Below, one piece after another: positions 37,060-49,660 of a stretch of DNA of 64,000 bases (position 1 is the first letter of the stretch; each line of letters begins with the position of its first letter). Origin of the DNA: Lytechinus pictus (lineage: Eukaryota); assembly GCF_037042905.1 (NCBI RefSeq), contig NW_026974140.1:746001-810000 (forward strand), in the 5' to 3' direction. Below the pieces are notes generated by a model that made no database searches, was not told the DNA's origin, and worked only from the letters and a program-made list of their open reading frames with translations. A program made the translations under genes and the position numbers.

Positions 37060-39482
37060 CTTTTTTTTACCCACCATGGGCATTTATTATATACATAATT
37101 GAACATTCAAAATAACATCACATGTTTACATATATCTTTTTCAAACAAATATTCAAAATTAAGTTCTCGACAATCTTTTCCTGTTTTGTTTCTTATAAGT
37201 ATACATTTATAAATGCACCAAAAAGCAATTGTAAGAAATGAATCGAGTTCGGTTTCTTTGTGAGCCTTAAGTAAATGCAATTCTGTTATTTGAAGGTCGA
37301 CATTGTATTCATTCTTAGCTACTGTTGTCAAATAAGAAAAGAATCTCTTATTTAGCTTACACTCAACGAAAGCATGTACAACATCTTCGTCCACGTAACA
37401 ATGCGGTCATCTCCCATCTGTTACAGCATTCCATTTAAACAAATTCTTTCTTACTGGCAATATATTATATATAACCTTAAAATTGAATTATTTCAGTTTA
37501 TTTTCTTTACAGTGACACAAATTTCTTTTAAAAGTTTTTGTCCAATCTAATGGTGACCCTGTTATCTGTTCCCAATACAAATAGCATATGTTAATGCTCG
37601 ATGAATCTAAGGATAATAGTCTATATAATTGTTTACTTGAAATATCATGAATATTTTTTGTTCCTACATCTATTTTGGGAAACTCTAAAAAAGGTTTATT
37701 ATTGCGGTTGGTACAATGTGTTGTAATATCATTTATCAAAATTTTAGGTATAGCCTGACGTAATAAAGTATAGTCAAATATCAATCTTTGCTTACTCTTC
37801 TGCGATTTAAGAAGGGAATAAATTTCCATTGTAGGAAAGAAATTTCCATTCCTGAGAATATCTTTCAAAAATACTATCCTAGATTTATACCATCCTTCAA
37901 AAAATAGGGTGATGTTGCGAAAGGTTACATTTTTATTGTGCCACAAAATTTCGTATTGTATACCATATACTTTAGGGTGATATTTTAAACAAGCATTATT
38001 CTTTATCTTTAACCAGGCCTGTAATATTTCAATGTAAAAGACTGGAAGATGGTGCTTGCATATATGTTTAATATTCCAAGCATCAAAGTCTGAATTAAGG
38101 AGTAGTTTCAAACCACCTAAAATATTAAACCAATAAAGGCTGAATTTACACCACATTCCTTTACGAGACGCAAGAGTGCGCCCCAGCCATCTTAGTCGAA
38201 AGCTCAATTTTTGGGTATATAGATCAATCATGTTGACCCCTCCATTGTCCAGTTTGTTGGTCATTATAGTTCTTTTCACTTTTTCTATCTTTGTTTGCCA
38301 AATAAAAGTATATATTAAAGAATTCAGTCTTTTTAACATTTTCTCAGGAATAATGTCAACCATGAGAATATGTACTAACTGACTTAAAGGAGAATGAAAC
38401 CCTTGAAACCAGCTGAATCCATATCAAAGAGAAAAATCAAAGGAACACATTGTTGAAAGTTTGAGGAAGATTGAATGAATAATAAGAAAGTTATGAGCAT
38501 TTGAATATTGAGATCACTAGTGCCATGTAGATCCTCCCATTGGCAATGCGACCAAGATCTGTGATGTCACACACGTACAACTCTCCCTTTTGGACACTGA
38601 AAATATACCCCAAAACATTTCTTTTTGCTCATTCTAATCATATGACAAACGATTCATCAATGGTATAATGTTGTGAAACCTCTGTACTTGTCATCTCATA
38701 AAGAGAACACCTCACCTTGTGATAGACTCTATAAAAGTGAGAATATAAGTGAAATAAGTACTAAAGTAATGAGGGAGTTGTACGTGTGTGATATCACAGA
38801 TCTTGGTCGCATTGCCGACGGGAGGATCTACATGGCACTAGTGATCTCAATATTCAAATGCTCATAACTTTCTTATTATTCATTCAATCTTCCTCAAACT
38901 TTCAACAATGTGTTCCTTTGATTTTTCTCTTTGATATGGATTCAGCTGGTTTCAAGGGTTTCATTCTCCTTTAAACCTAGAGTTTTGACAATGGTTACTC
39001 TTCCAAAAATAGTAAGCTTTCTTTTTCTCCAATTATCTAATAATCTTTGCAATTTCGTTAGTTTATTTTCTCAGTTCATTTGACGTGCTTTTTCTATATC
39101 AGGTGAGATGTAAAACCCTAAGTATTTTGTAGGAATATTTGTCCATGATAAACCAATATCATTGAGTGACCATTTGGAGTTACTTCCCCCCACCCACATG
39201 ATTACTGTCTAAGTTTTATTAAGTTTTGGACCTGCTACATTCCCAAATAACTCAAGTTCTTCATTTATCAATTCTAGTGATCTTTTATCTAACACAAAAA
39301 ACAGGGTATCGTCAGCATATTGTAGTACTTTAACCTCACAATTATCTTCTGGTTTCAAAACAGGTATTCCTCTTATACATTTATTATTTCTTATTTTGTT
39401 AGACATAAATTCTGCTGCGAGGACAAAAAGTAATGCTAAAAGTGGACAACCTTGTCTGATTCCCCTTTGTATTGAAAAGGAC
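37060..39482 (-). pseudogene. 5'-truncated L1/Tx1-clade LINE ORF2
   Basis: GIRQGCPL, QYADDT, KYLGF, GGVNMID and C-terminal HAFVEC motif. AATAAA and poly(A) at 37060-37088 on the minus strand. Confidence 0.92.
38388..38970. mobile_element. Kolobok-like MITE with near-perfect about 195-bp TIRs, TTAA TSD
   Basis: TTAA|AGGAGAATGAAACCCTTGAAACCAGCTG...CAGCTGGTTTCAAGGGTTTCATTCTCCT|TTAA, inserted in the Tx1 ORF2. Confidence 0.95.
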
Positions 39483-42009
39483 TAGATAGAGAAGTTGAAA
39501 TACCTCATTACACTATCATTCGTGCGGACCGTGATAGGAACGGAGGCGGGGTGGCAGTTTATGTGCACGAATCTTTACATGTTTAGTTGATTAATCATAA
39601 TTCTCTTTCTGGGTTAGAGGCAATATGTTTACGGTCCACTTAAAAAACACTAAACCGTTATTATTAATTAATTGGTACAGGCCGCCTAATAGTAGAATTG
39701 AGGTATTTCATCAATATGAGCAATTTTTATAATTTGCTTGTAGTTTTGTTTGTGACATTATTGTAATGGGTGATATTAACTGCGATATTACGAAAAAACC
39801 TTTTTATGGAAACACCAAGATCGTTGACCAAATTAATACTGTATACTCGCTAAAATTTATAAATGACTCTTCATGTACCAGAGTGACAGATTCGTCTTCT
39901 ACGCTTGTTGACCACATGTTAACTAATAACATGAATAAATTGTAAGCTCACGGTGTGTTATGTAATGGGATGAGTGATCATTACATTCGTTATTTTATAT
40001 GGAAATCCCAACAAAAATTCTCATCTGCTGAAACTTATATAAGGTATAGAAAATCCAGAAATGTTGATTTGGAGTCTTTCAGAAATGACCTTCGTAATCA
40101 AAACTGGAGGATAAGAAAAGATTTTTATGATATTAATGACGCTGTCAATAAGTGGGAAATAATGCTATTAAAAGTTGTTAATAAACATATGCCCTTAAAA
40201 TCTAAGCGCATTCGTAAAAAATCTTCTCCTTGGATGAATAATGAGATCTTGTCTTTAATGAAAGAAAGAGATAAAGCTAAAAGAAAGGCCAAAACTAAAA
40301 ACGATAATGATTTATGGAAATTATATAAAACTCTGAAAAATAAGGTCACTTTTGTTATCCGGAAATCTAAACGTAGATATTATTGTGACAAATTATCAAA
40401 TGTAACAAATAGAAATGACTCTTGGAAAATACTAAAATCCGTTAGGGGCAAAAACAACAACTCGTCTAATAGCACTTTTCCCAAAGTAATGTCAGATGAA
40501 GTGGCTAATGGTTTTAACAATCACTTTGCTAATGTGGCGTTGGAAATTGCTGACGAGTCAACAAATGTACACCATGATCATGTAGCGTCCACTCAGCATG
40601 AAAACTTTAAATTTTCGCCTGTCTCTGAAAACGATGTCTTGAAAGAGGTTCATAATTTGAAGAATACAAGGTCTGTTGGTCTAGATGGTATTTCAATATA
40701 TATAATCAAAGAATCAATTCCGGTTTTAATCGAACCTATTAATTTCTTGATAAATAAATTTTTATGTGATGGTGTTGTACCTGAGAAATGGAAAGTAGCC
40801 AAAATTGTTCCTATTCTCAAGAAAGGTGATAAGTTTGAATTTAACAACTATAGACCGATATCGATTCTACCCTGTGTGTCTAAATTAATGGAAAAAATTG
40901 TGCAAAAGCAATTGCTTCGTGATATTCAAACTCATTCGTTACTTTCTGCTTTTCAATCTGGATTCCGTCCGAAACACTCTACCACTACTGCTCTTGCTAA
41001 GGTAACGGATGACTGGTTTCATTCTATGGACAATGGGCAGTATACAGGGGCTATTTTTTATAGACCTTCAAAAGGATTTCGACCTGGTCGATCATGCAAT
41101 TCTCCTATCCAGACTTAAAAATATTGGTATATCTGGTGATGAATTGCATTGGTTCAAAAAATATTTGACTAATAGAAGAATACGAACATCCATTAATGGA
41201 ATTTTATCTGAAGAAAGTGACATTTTTTGGAGTACCCCAGGGATCTCTCCTTGGACCCTTACTGTTCATTTTATTTATTGATGATATAATTTCTGTATTT
41301 AAAGAAATTCAAAATAGAGCTGGAAGAATAATCTTGAAAATTGACCCCTATTCACACACCTCAACCTCTCAAATTCATTCTATTCTTGGTTGGGACACTA
41401 TTCAAAAGAGACAGTATACTCACTTGATATTATTCATGTATAAGATTTGTAACAACATGTCCACTGAATATATGAAAAATTTGTTTCATACAAAAGAAAC
41501 TCCTTACCCTCTTAGAAATGAAAATAATATATGTTTACCCAGACCTAGAACCAATAGTTGTAAAAGATCTTTCTCTTACCGAGCTGCATCTGAATTCAAC
41601 AGAATCCCTTTGTGCGTGCGTAATGTCACCACTTTCAATTCTTTTAAAAATACATTTTTGAAATATATATGTGCTAAATGGAATTAAACCACTGATTTGT
41701 ACCGGGGGGAGGGGGGTAGGTGTAGGTTATATGATTTTTCTTTGTTTTTAATGATTTCACTTATATGCCTGATGGTCAACTTTCTTTATCTTATGGTAAT
41801 CATAGCCTTTTTGTAAGTAAACTGGCTCCATGGAAGACCAGCAGCAATGCATTATTGCAGCTAAATATGGACTACCAGCCGTATAATTTACTTTATTTGT
41901 TACCTTTTATTATTGTATCTTAATATTGACCTCATCATCTCATGTTATATGTATTTGTATGTACTTTGTATCTGTTATTTTATATACGGAAATAAAACAA
42001 ACAAACAGC

Positions 42010-42335
42010 AATTATGACGTGATTACGACGTCATTTACTGACCAATTTACGACAAGTAAATTTGCTTTCTTATATGACCAGATTATGACGTGATTACGAC
42101 GTCATTTACTGACCAATTTACGACAAGTAAATTTGCTTTCTTATATGACCAGATTATGGCGTGATTACGACGTCATTTATTGACCAATCTGCGACAAATA
42201 AATTTGCATTTTTATATGACCACATTATGACGTGATTATGACATCATTTATTTACCAAACAACGACAAAGAAATTTGCGTTTTCATATGACCACATTATG
42301 ACGTGATTATGACATCAGGTCAATCAACGACGAGG
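42010..42335 (+). repeat. About 70-bp tandem repeat (ATTATGACGTGATTACGACGTCAT...)
   Basis: About 4.5 copies. Motif shared with the EnSpm-like subterminal repeats. Confidence 0.85.
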
Positions 42336-42339
42336 AAAT

Positions 42340-43015
42340 TTACAAGTGTAATTTCAAAGCACTCTCCTGTATGGCAGTGAGTCATGGACCTTGTATGCAC
42401 GCCAGGAGCGTCGTCTAAACGTCTTCAATCTCCGCTGTCTGAGACGAATCCTGAACATCAAATGGCAGGACCACATCCCAAACAAGGATGTCCTCAAGAA
42501 GGGAGGAATGACAACCATCTATGCTTATCTTACACAACGACGACTGAGATGGCTTGGGCATGTCACTAGAATGGACGACGGCCGTATTCCGAAAGACATA
42601 TTGTACGGAGAGCTAGCGACCGGGACCAGGGCTGTTGGAAGACCTGTCCTCCGCTTCAAGGTTGTGTGCAAGAGGGATATGAAGACCAGTAAAATCAACA
42701 CTACAAACTGGGAAGCCCTAGCTGCAGATCACCCCAAATGGAGACATGCTGTGAAGATGGGCATCCAAAGGAGCGAACAGAGAAGAGTAGAACAATGGGA
42801 GGAGAAAAGACAAGAAAGACAACTAAAACGACAGTTAGCCATGGCTCCAACAGCTCAGCCACAAGTGACATTTGTATGCAACAACTGCAACAAGACCTGC
42901 CTCTCACGGATTGGACTATTTAGTCATCGCAGGAGCTGCACTTTATGAATAAGGAACTAAAAGGAAACTACCAGCACAAACTATATTGTCTCTCGAGACA
43001 GACAGATGCCAATAT
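42340..43015 (+). mobile_element. 5'-truncated RTE (BovB-like) LINE
   Basis: STLLYGSESWTLY..., RLRWLGHVTRMDDGRIPKDILYGEL, C-terminal CNNC..SRIGLFSHRRSC. Frame open to 42948; 3' UTR TGTCTCTCGAGACAGA. Confidence 0.93.
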
Positions 43016-44532
43016 GATACGAATTTCAAAGCCACATACTATTTTGCCATTTGTTCAACCTTGCCATGTTAGCAAGGCTATTTCTACTTAGAAAAGGAAA
43101 GTAAAACTAAAAGAAAATAGTACATTTTTTTTTTTTTTTCAAAGAAAAAAGCTTCAAAAGCAGTGGCAAAAATAAAAATTTCTTAACTGGTTGCCAACCA
43201 AACCAAAAAAGAGGAAGCTTTATATGTCAAATAAGTTTATATCTATTTAAAACTTATTTTTCGTAATTGGTGTCATGCCCCGGTGTCATGCAAACCCCTT
43301 AACTAGTTAGCTCACTCTCCCCCCACCACCGGGCTCACCCCCTATAAAAAAAAATCATGATCCGCAGAATAAATTCGCCGGGCGTCGGGCCTGCGCATGC
43401 ACGCTGCACTGCATGCAACTGGCAAGTCGCAATCATCTGAAAAGGGTATGCGCCCGTTTTTCGCCGTTAAATGTTGCAGCCTAATTTTGGATCGAGAATG
43501 AAGTGCGACGAAGATGGCATTTAATAATAGTTCTACTACTTTAAAAACACGGGTCAGATTTGGACAACGACTTCGAAGGCATTCCCAGTAGACCAAACAG
43601 TAAGTTAGATAACCATTTTCTAAGATTTTCTTTTCGGAGCGCGGCTTGCAGCTACGTATGTTACGATCTGTTAAACGACTCGCGCTCAACCTGCAAAACG
43701 CCGGGTAAGTTCGCGAAAAAGTGTTCTATTGCAAATAATAATGTACACGCCCGCACTGAATGGGGACTTGGAGCGAGAAAATCACGTCAGTGAAACGGTA
43801 CCACCAATTTTCAATAAATACGTGATTATTATTAAAAGAATCGAACTATATCGGTTATGTAATGTCAGGGAGTAAATATATAATTGCAGGCGTGAATTTA
43901 TACGATCTTATATACTTCATTCGGTCGATATATCTGCAATCTGCATGTAATATCGCCAACAAATAATGGTACCAAATAACACAGAGGCAGTGCGCGCACA
44001 CACTGGACACATTTTCAATAAGCTAGGGAGCGAGTTACTCTATAGCAGCAGTTTACAGTTTAAGACCGTAACATACGTACCGTAGCTAGCTTGCATTTGG
44101 CTTTAGATTTCGTTAGATCACTGCCCGGCCGCGGTGGCTGCCCCGAGCGCCGGTATGCTGTATAGGACAGGCTGCGCTGGTGGGCTCAGGGCCCAATGTG
44201 GTAACGATATCAAAATGAGTTCGTACAGAATCCAATGAAATGACCACCAAAGTGTCTGTCTATATTTATAAATAATATATGTGCCAAAGGATTCTGGAAG
44301 AAATTGTGTAATTGCTGAGAAATCAGCAAAAAAAAACACAGGATTCGGGTCAAGCATCGGGCCGACATTCAGAGCAATAATAATACACTGTCCCACGTGC
44401 TCTAATCTGTGTTGGTGTTTTTCAGTGTGAACATTTTTCAGCGTAGATTTCAAGATTTCACAAAGTTCAGTTTATGTAACTGTATCAGATCTACATGTAC
44501 ACGTAGATCCTCGATGATATACTGACAACTAA

Positions 44533-45300
44533 CCCTAAATCTCCGGGGGTATTTTGATTCTTGTCATTCCGGGGGGGGGGGGGGGGCCACCCCCTTATAA
44601 GATCTCAGCCGCGGATTGCGCGATCACAACGAAAATTTGCATGATGTTAGAGAATGACGTAATCTATGTAGTTGCATTGGTAAATTTCACTGAATTCATA
44701 TATTTTCATTTTACATGAATTAATTATGCTAATTTATTCATGAAATCATACTTTTTGCTCTGATTCACTAAATAAAGCTCCTAGAATGCTATTTTGGGGG
44801 TAAAAATATTCTTTATAGCATTCCTTACAATCGTGAATGAAAAAAAAATCTGGTACCAAGACCGATTTTTTATGTATTTAATTTTTTTTTTTTCTAATGT
44901 ATTTCTTTGTTTTTTCACTTTTTGTTTCTATTGTATTTTCGATGGAAATCGTTCCAGACTTTATTCTAATAAAAAACAAGGCAAAATTGATTAAGTTTAA
45001 TCAGTAAAAGTAGAAATAATGATAAATTTATGAATTTTTGCTAAATACACAATTTGCGTTGGATTTGTACATGAAATCATGTTTATGAGCAATTTTGGGT
45101 CTGACATGCACTTACATAATGTTGCGTAATGTCGTAACCGCGTACCTGGGCGTCACAAATTTGGTCTCAAAATTTGCGCGAGACTTGAAAGTAAAAGGTC
45201 GGTGAGCGGCGCGATCAAAAGATTTTGTGCGACAGCGTAGTGATGACATTTGTTGAGGGGGGTCAAATTGACCCCCCCCCCCCCCCCAGTTTAATAAGGG
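44533..45300. mobile_element. piggyBac-like MITE
   Basis: CTAA|CCCTAAAT...TAATAAGGG|TTAA. Related to 10648-11285. Confidence 0.7.
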
Positions 45301-45398
45301 TTAAGGCCGTCACATGAAATGCCCTATATTCATTATATTTCTACCAAAAGCACCATTTTGAGTAAGATTTTTAATGAATAGATCTGTTTGACGTTTCA

Positions 45399-45585
45399 GG
45401 AGAAAGAGAGGGAGACACAAAACCACCTGTCTCGGTGTCACACATGAGGAGTTGAGGGGGAGATGAAGTCGGTGAATATGACCTTGCCTGTGGGAGTTTC
45501 CAGAAGAAGGCCCAGAATCGCCGGATGCCAGGAGTGGAGATCCTTCGTTGCTGGCCTACATGCTAGGAGGCATCGGGCAGTAGGT
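45399..45585 (+). mobile_element. Decayed RTE-type LINE 3' end
   Basis: RKRGRHKTT..., EGEMKSVNMT, QKKAQNR, QEWRSFVAGLHARRH. TAAGTAAG tail resumes at about 46229. Confidence 0.6.
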
Positions 45586-46220
45586 CGTATCCGGACATCT
45601 GCCCCCTGGACATCTACCCCCCGGACATCCACCCCCCGGACTTCCACCCCCTGGACATCCACCCCCTTAGGACAAGTACCCTCTAGGACATCCACCCCCC
45701 GGACATCCACCCCCCGGACATCCACCCCCCGGACATCCACCCCCCGGACATCTAACCCCCGAACATCCACCCCCGGACATCCACCCCCCGGACATCTACC
45801 CCCCGGACATTTACCCTATCCGGACATCTACCCCCTGGACATCTACCCCCCGGATATCCAACCCCCGGACTTCCACCCCCTGGACATCCACCCCCTTAGG
45901 ACAAGTACCCTCTAGGACATCCACCCGGGGGGTAGATGTCCGGGGGGTAAATGTCCGGGGGGTAGATGTCCGGGGGGTAGATGTCCGGGGGTGGATGTCC
46001 GGGAGGTAGATGTCCGGGGGGTAGATGTCCGGGGGTGGATATCCGGGGGGTAGATGTCCGGGGGGTACATGTCCAGGGGGTGGATGTCCGGGGGGTGGAT
46101 GTCCTAGAGGGTACTTGTCCTAGGGGGTACTTGTCCTAAGGGGGTGGATGTTCGGGGGGTTGATGTCCGGGGGGTGGATGTCCGGGGGGTAGATGTCCAG
46201 GGGGTAGATGTCCTAGAATC
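45586..46220. mobile_element. MULE/Foldback-type MITE made only of 15-bp repeats
   Basis: Perfect 9-bp TSD GCAGTAGGT (45577-45585, 46221-46229). (GGACATCYACCCCCC)n flips orientation near 45926 with no spacer. Confidence 0.92.
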
Positions 46221-47389
46221 GCAGTAGGTAAGTAAGAAGGCTATTTCAGATGTAAAGCTTATTTTTTTGTTTGGGATCATTGGGAATCTCTATTATCAGA
46301 ATCACGCAGATTTGGGTGTGTACCAACTCGGGGCACCTTATAATCTGTCAATGGTCCTGACTGTACTTCGAGGACTCTGTGATATTTTTTCATTGTATTT
46401 TCATTCACATAGCCTAGACAAGTCTCTGTTGCCTGTAGAACTTTGTACACTAAGATGGATTTCCTTAGAAAATCCACCTTTCCCACAATAATATTGGGGC
46501 AAACATTTAATTTGTCCAATTTGTAAGCTTTTGTACTCTAAATGCATACAAAGGCTTTAAAAAAATGTTAATCGTAGGAAGGTAAAAATTTTGAAGGAGC
46601 ACTTACAATTCCCACGCTATATAACGCAACGACATGAACTTTAACTCGAGTGACGTACGTATGCAAGAAATACAGAACTGGTGCACATGCATAGCTGATT
46701 GATTGTGCTTGTACTGGTACTAGATTCCAGGCTGACGTAGTTGATCGGTTTGGACGTTCTAATTTCAATGACAAGTTTAGATGGTAAATTGGCGCTAATA
46801 AAATTTTGCATTGGTCTATCTCGCGGTGCCAGAAAACTAATTCCACCTCAAAATTTGTCGGATTTTTTTGCAGAATATTTATTTAATTGATCCTTGACAT
46901 GAATTTAGGCCAAATCAGGCATAGGGAATGGCTGTATTTCGGTCTCGAAGTTCAAATTCTCAGTCCTGACAGTCCTGGTTAACCCATAACCATTTAAAAC
47001 ACATACAAAAGGCATAAATTAAAATCGTAATTATAAAAAAATAATATGTTTTATGTGTCAAATAAATTGATTCTAAAATTTCCTTCCTTATACAGAGATG
47101 GTTAAAGGTCTTAATGGCATCATGCCCCCCCCCCCACTCGACTTTACATGTTAATATTTTAAGTATAAAAATGTAACAAACCCCACATCGTTTTTTAATC
47201 ATTTAAAATAAATTGGAAATTATTATTGAAACCATCTAGTTTTTAATAAAGATTAATAAATAGTTTATGTAGAAAAGGTTTTTATGTTCCTCCTCTTCTG
47301 TTATTTTTGCAGATGCTGTAATTTGAAACGGAAGGTGTCCTGCCAATAAATTTTCATCCCACCTGAACTGCCTTGCCTGCTGCACCCAG

Positions 47390-48026
47390 TCATCTGTTCC
47401 TGAGCATTTTAATTTTCTTCTATTTTTCATCATCGTTCGTTTCGGACTGTATGAAGTGAATTTCACATTGATTGGTAGAGCTGCTAAGTTGGCATTACAG
47501 GGGCACGCCGGGGTATGATCCTTGGGGTTGAACATCATGACTGCTAGTTGGTCGGCGGAGATGATGGTATCGATCAATGTCGCATGGAGTAAGATCGATA
47601 CCAATCTGCTTTGCTACATTTCGAACAATCTCATACGGATACGGATATTATTGCGACAGGAGTACTGCTCGATGTGGTCAAGCCTATTTGACAAAGCATT
47701 ATGGTGTTAGTCATGTTATCAGAAACCGATTTTTCAAAATCACGGAGTTGCTTCAATTTAGTATAGATAGATATTTCAAGAACGTGTAGACTAGTGAGCT
47801 TTTCATCAAGAATTTCACGCAATTCATTTTCGCGCTTATCCATGTCATCATTGAGTTTTTGACTCTCGCGTTCCATTGCCACAACCACCGCTCTTTCAAC
47901 GACTGTCTCAATATGATCTAGGTATGCTGGGTTTTGTTTAGATCCAGTTAATGATGAAACAGAGGATTGTGTACACGCGTTAGCCAAGTGCAAGCGGCCT
48001 CTTGATCTGGTGGATATCTTAGACAT
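47390..48026 (-). pseudogene. Decayed LINE ORF1 (L1TD1-like) fragment
   Basis: Coiled-coil N-terminus, EQYSCRNNIRI, PINVKFTSY..KRTMMKNRRKLK in broken frames. Confidence 0.7.
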
Positions 48027-48369
48027 GTTGTTAGAGATTACGTAATGATATAATTGAAAAGTGGGATGGGCTGTGCATCTGTCAACTCACCAGTCAACCA
48101 ATTTGAGACGGCCTTCCAAAGTTACACAGTACGAAAATATCAATATAGGACTGGTCTTGTAAACACATAGATCCAAAAAAAAAAAACATGGAGACCGCAG
48201 AAGCAAAATGACTTCCATACATAAAGATATGATGCACAATTTCCAGTGGGTTCAAAACACTAAATACATGCTATGCTGATACACAGACTATCATAAAAAC
48301 TTTATCAAGCGTATGAAATCTGGTATGAAATCTCTCAGCTCACATAAAAAGCCTACGTAGCTACATGTA

Positions 48370-49660
48370 GGGAAGAAAATGCGCAATTACTGAGTAATGA
48401 GCAAAATAAGCATGTAATTCTATCAAATGTCAGGTATTTTTCGAATCGATTATAATACACTGTCCCACATATGCTCTTCTGTGTTTATAGCGATCATCAG
48501 AATTATCTATTTTTAGTTTAAAAAATCATGATTTTACAAAGAGACAAGTTTGTACCAGATGTAGATTATGTATAATGTATTGACAATTAACTTTGATTTT
48601 ACATATTTTCTCAAGAAATAATTGTTTGCTGCAACTACTGTCTTTTCCTTTTAAGTGATAGTGTAATACAACAGTTCCACAAACTATTTTCATCAGACTT
48701 ATTAATGTATAATTCTTTCACCCAAATGCAAGCTTCCATAAATCCTGAAAACTTTGCAACTCAGGTATTTTTTTTTACATACAGTATATTTTGTAGTACA
48801 TTACATAGTTGCCTTAAGTTAATAGCCCACCTCTAGTAGTAACTATCTTAAAATGAGTTCGAACAGAATCTAACAGAATTACCAGCAAAGTGTATGTATA
48901 TATAAAAGATGTGTGCCAAATAGCTCGGGAAGAAAATGTGTAATTGCTGAGAAATGAGCAAAATAAGCATGTAATTCTATCAAATGTCGGGTATTTTTCG
49001 AATCAATCATAATACACTGTCCTGTCCCACATATGCTTTTCTGTGTTAGTGATCATCAGAATTATTGATTTTAAGTTCAAAATTCATAATTTTACAAAGA
49101 TACAAGTTTACATTAATTTACCAGGGCCCCGTCTTACAAAGAGTTATGATTGATCCGATCAATCGCAACTATGGACGATCAGCAACGTTAACATCTATTA
49201 AGCATGTTTGTTCAAAATATTTTCTAGCTATGATGTATGTTCTTGCATTCATTGTTTTCTCAAAAATTCGCTGCGCTTCTCTTTGCATACAAAGTACATT
49301 GTGCAAATTTTTCGTAGAAAAAAATTATGACACTGATGGATTTCCATAGAGTTATGATTCATCGGATCAATCGTAACTCTTTGTAAGGCGGGGCCCAGAT
49401 CTAGATTATGTACAATATTTTGACAATTAACCTTAATTTAAAAGACTTTCCGAAGAAATAATTGTTTGCTGCAACTACTGTATTTTACCCCTAAGTGATA
49501 TTGTAATTAAATACAACCCAAACTTTTCATAAGAATTAATGTACATGTATGATTCTTTCACCTAAATGCGAGCTTCCATAAATCCTGAAATTATTCCAAC
49601 TCGGGTATTTTTTTTTTTACGTGCAGTATATTTTTACCTACATTACGTAGTTGTCTAAAG
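48370..49660 (+). repeat. Direct duplication of a MITE-derived segment (48370-48820 vs 48930-49660)
   Basis: AATGAGCAAAATAAGCATGTAATTCTATCAAATGTC... occurs twice. Related to 44205-44530. Confidence 0.85.
49125..49395. mobile_element. PIF/Harbinger-type MITE, 3-bp TSD
   Basis: CAG|GGCCCCGTCTTACAAAGAGTTA...TAACTCTTTGTAAGGCGGGGCC|CAG. Empty site TACCAGAT in the paralog near 48554. Confidence 0.9.

Larger units (their letters stand above)
36642..42008 (+). pseudogene. CR1/L2-group LINE ORF2 (PHD finger, APE, RT) and 3' tail, interrupted by Tx1
   Basis: FPCVLCNK..CTTCCKWVHISC (PHD), HLNVASL, NETRLD | RNGGGVAVYV, MGDIN, SDHY, NYRPISILP, QSGFRPKHST, GVPQGSLLGPLLF. Tail AATAAA(ACAA)n near 41990-42007. 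The region after FIDDI appears internally deleted (no ADD motif). Confidence 0.93.

Noticed and set aside
43260..44200. CpG-rich, promoter-like stretch
   Set aside because: No linked exon found, and it lies inside the EnSpm-like shell.
45438..45915. Mucin-like RTSTP / GVDVR repeat ORFs
   Set aside because: Same artefact from a 15-bp repeat MITE.
45393..46235. Apparent exon (TTTCAG...AG|GTAAGT) with a MITE inserted at its donor site
   Set aside because: Better explained as an RTE 3' end whose TAAG tail mimics a donor; the frames are broken.
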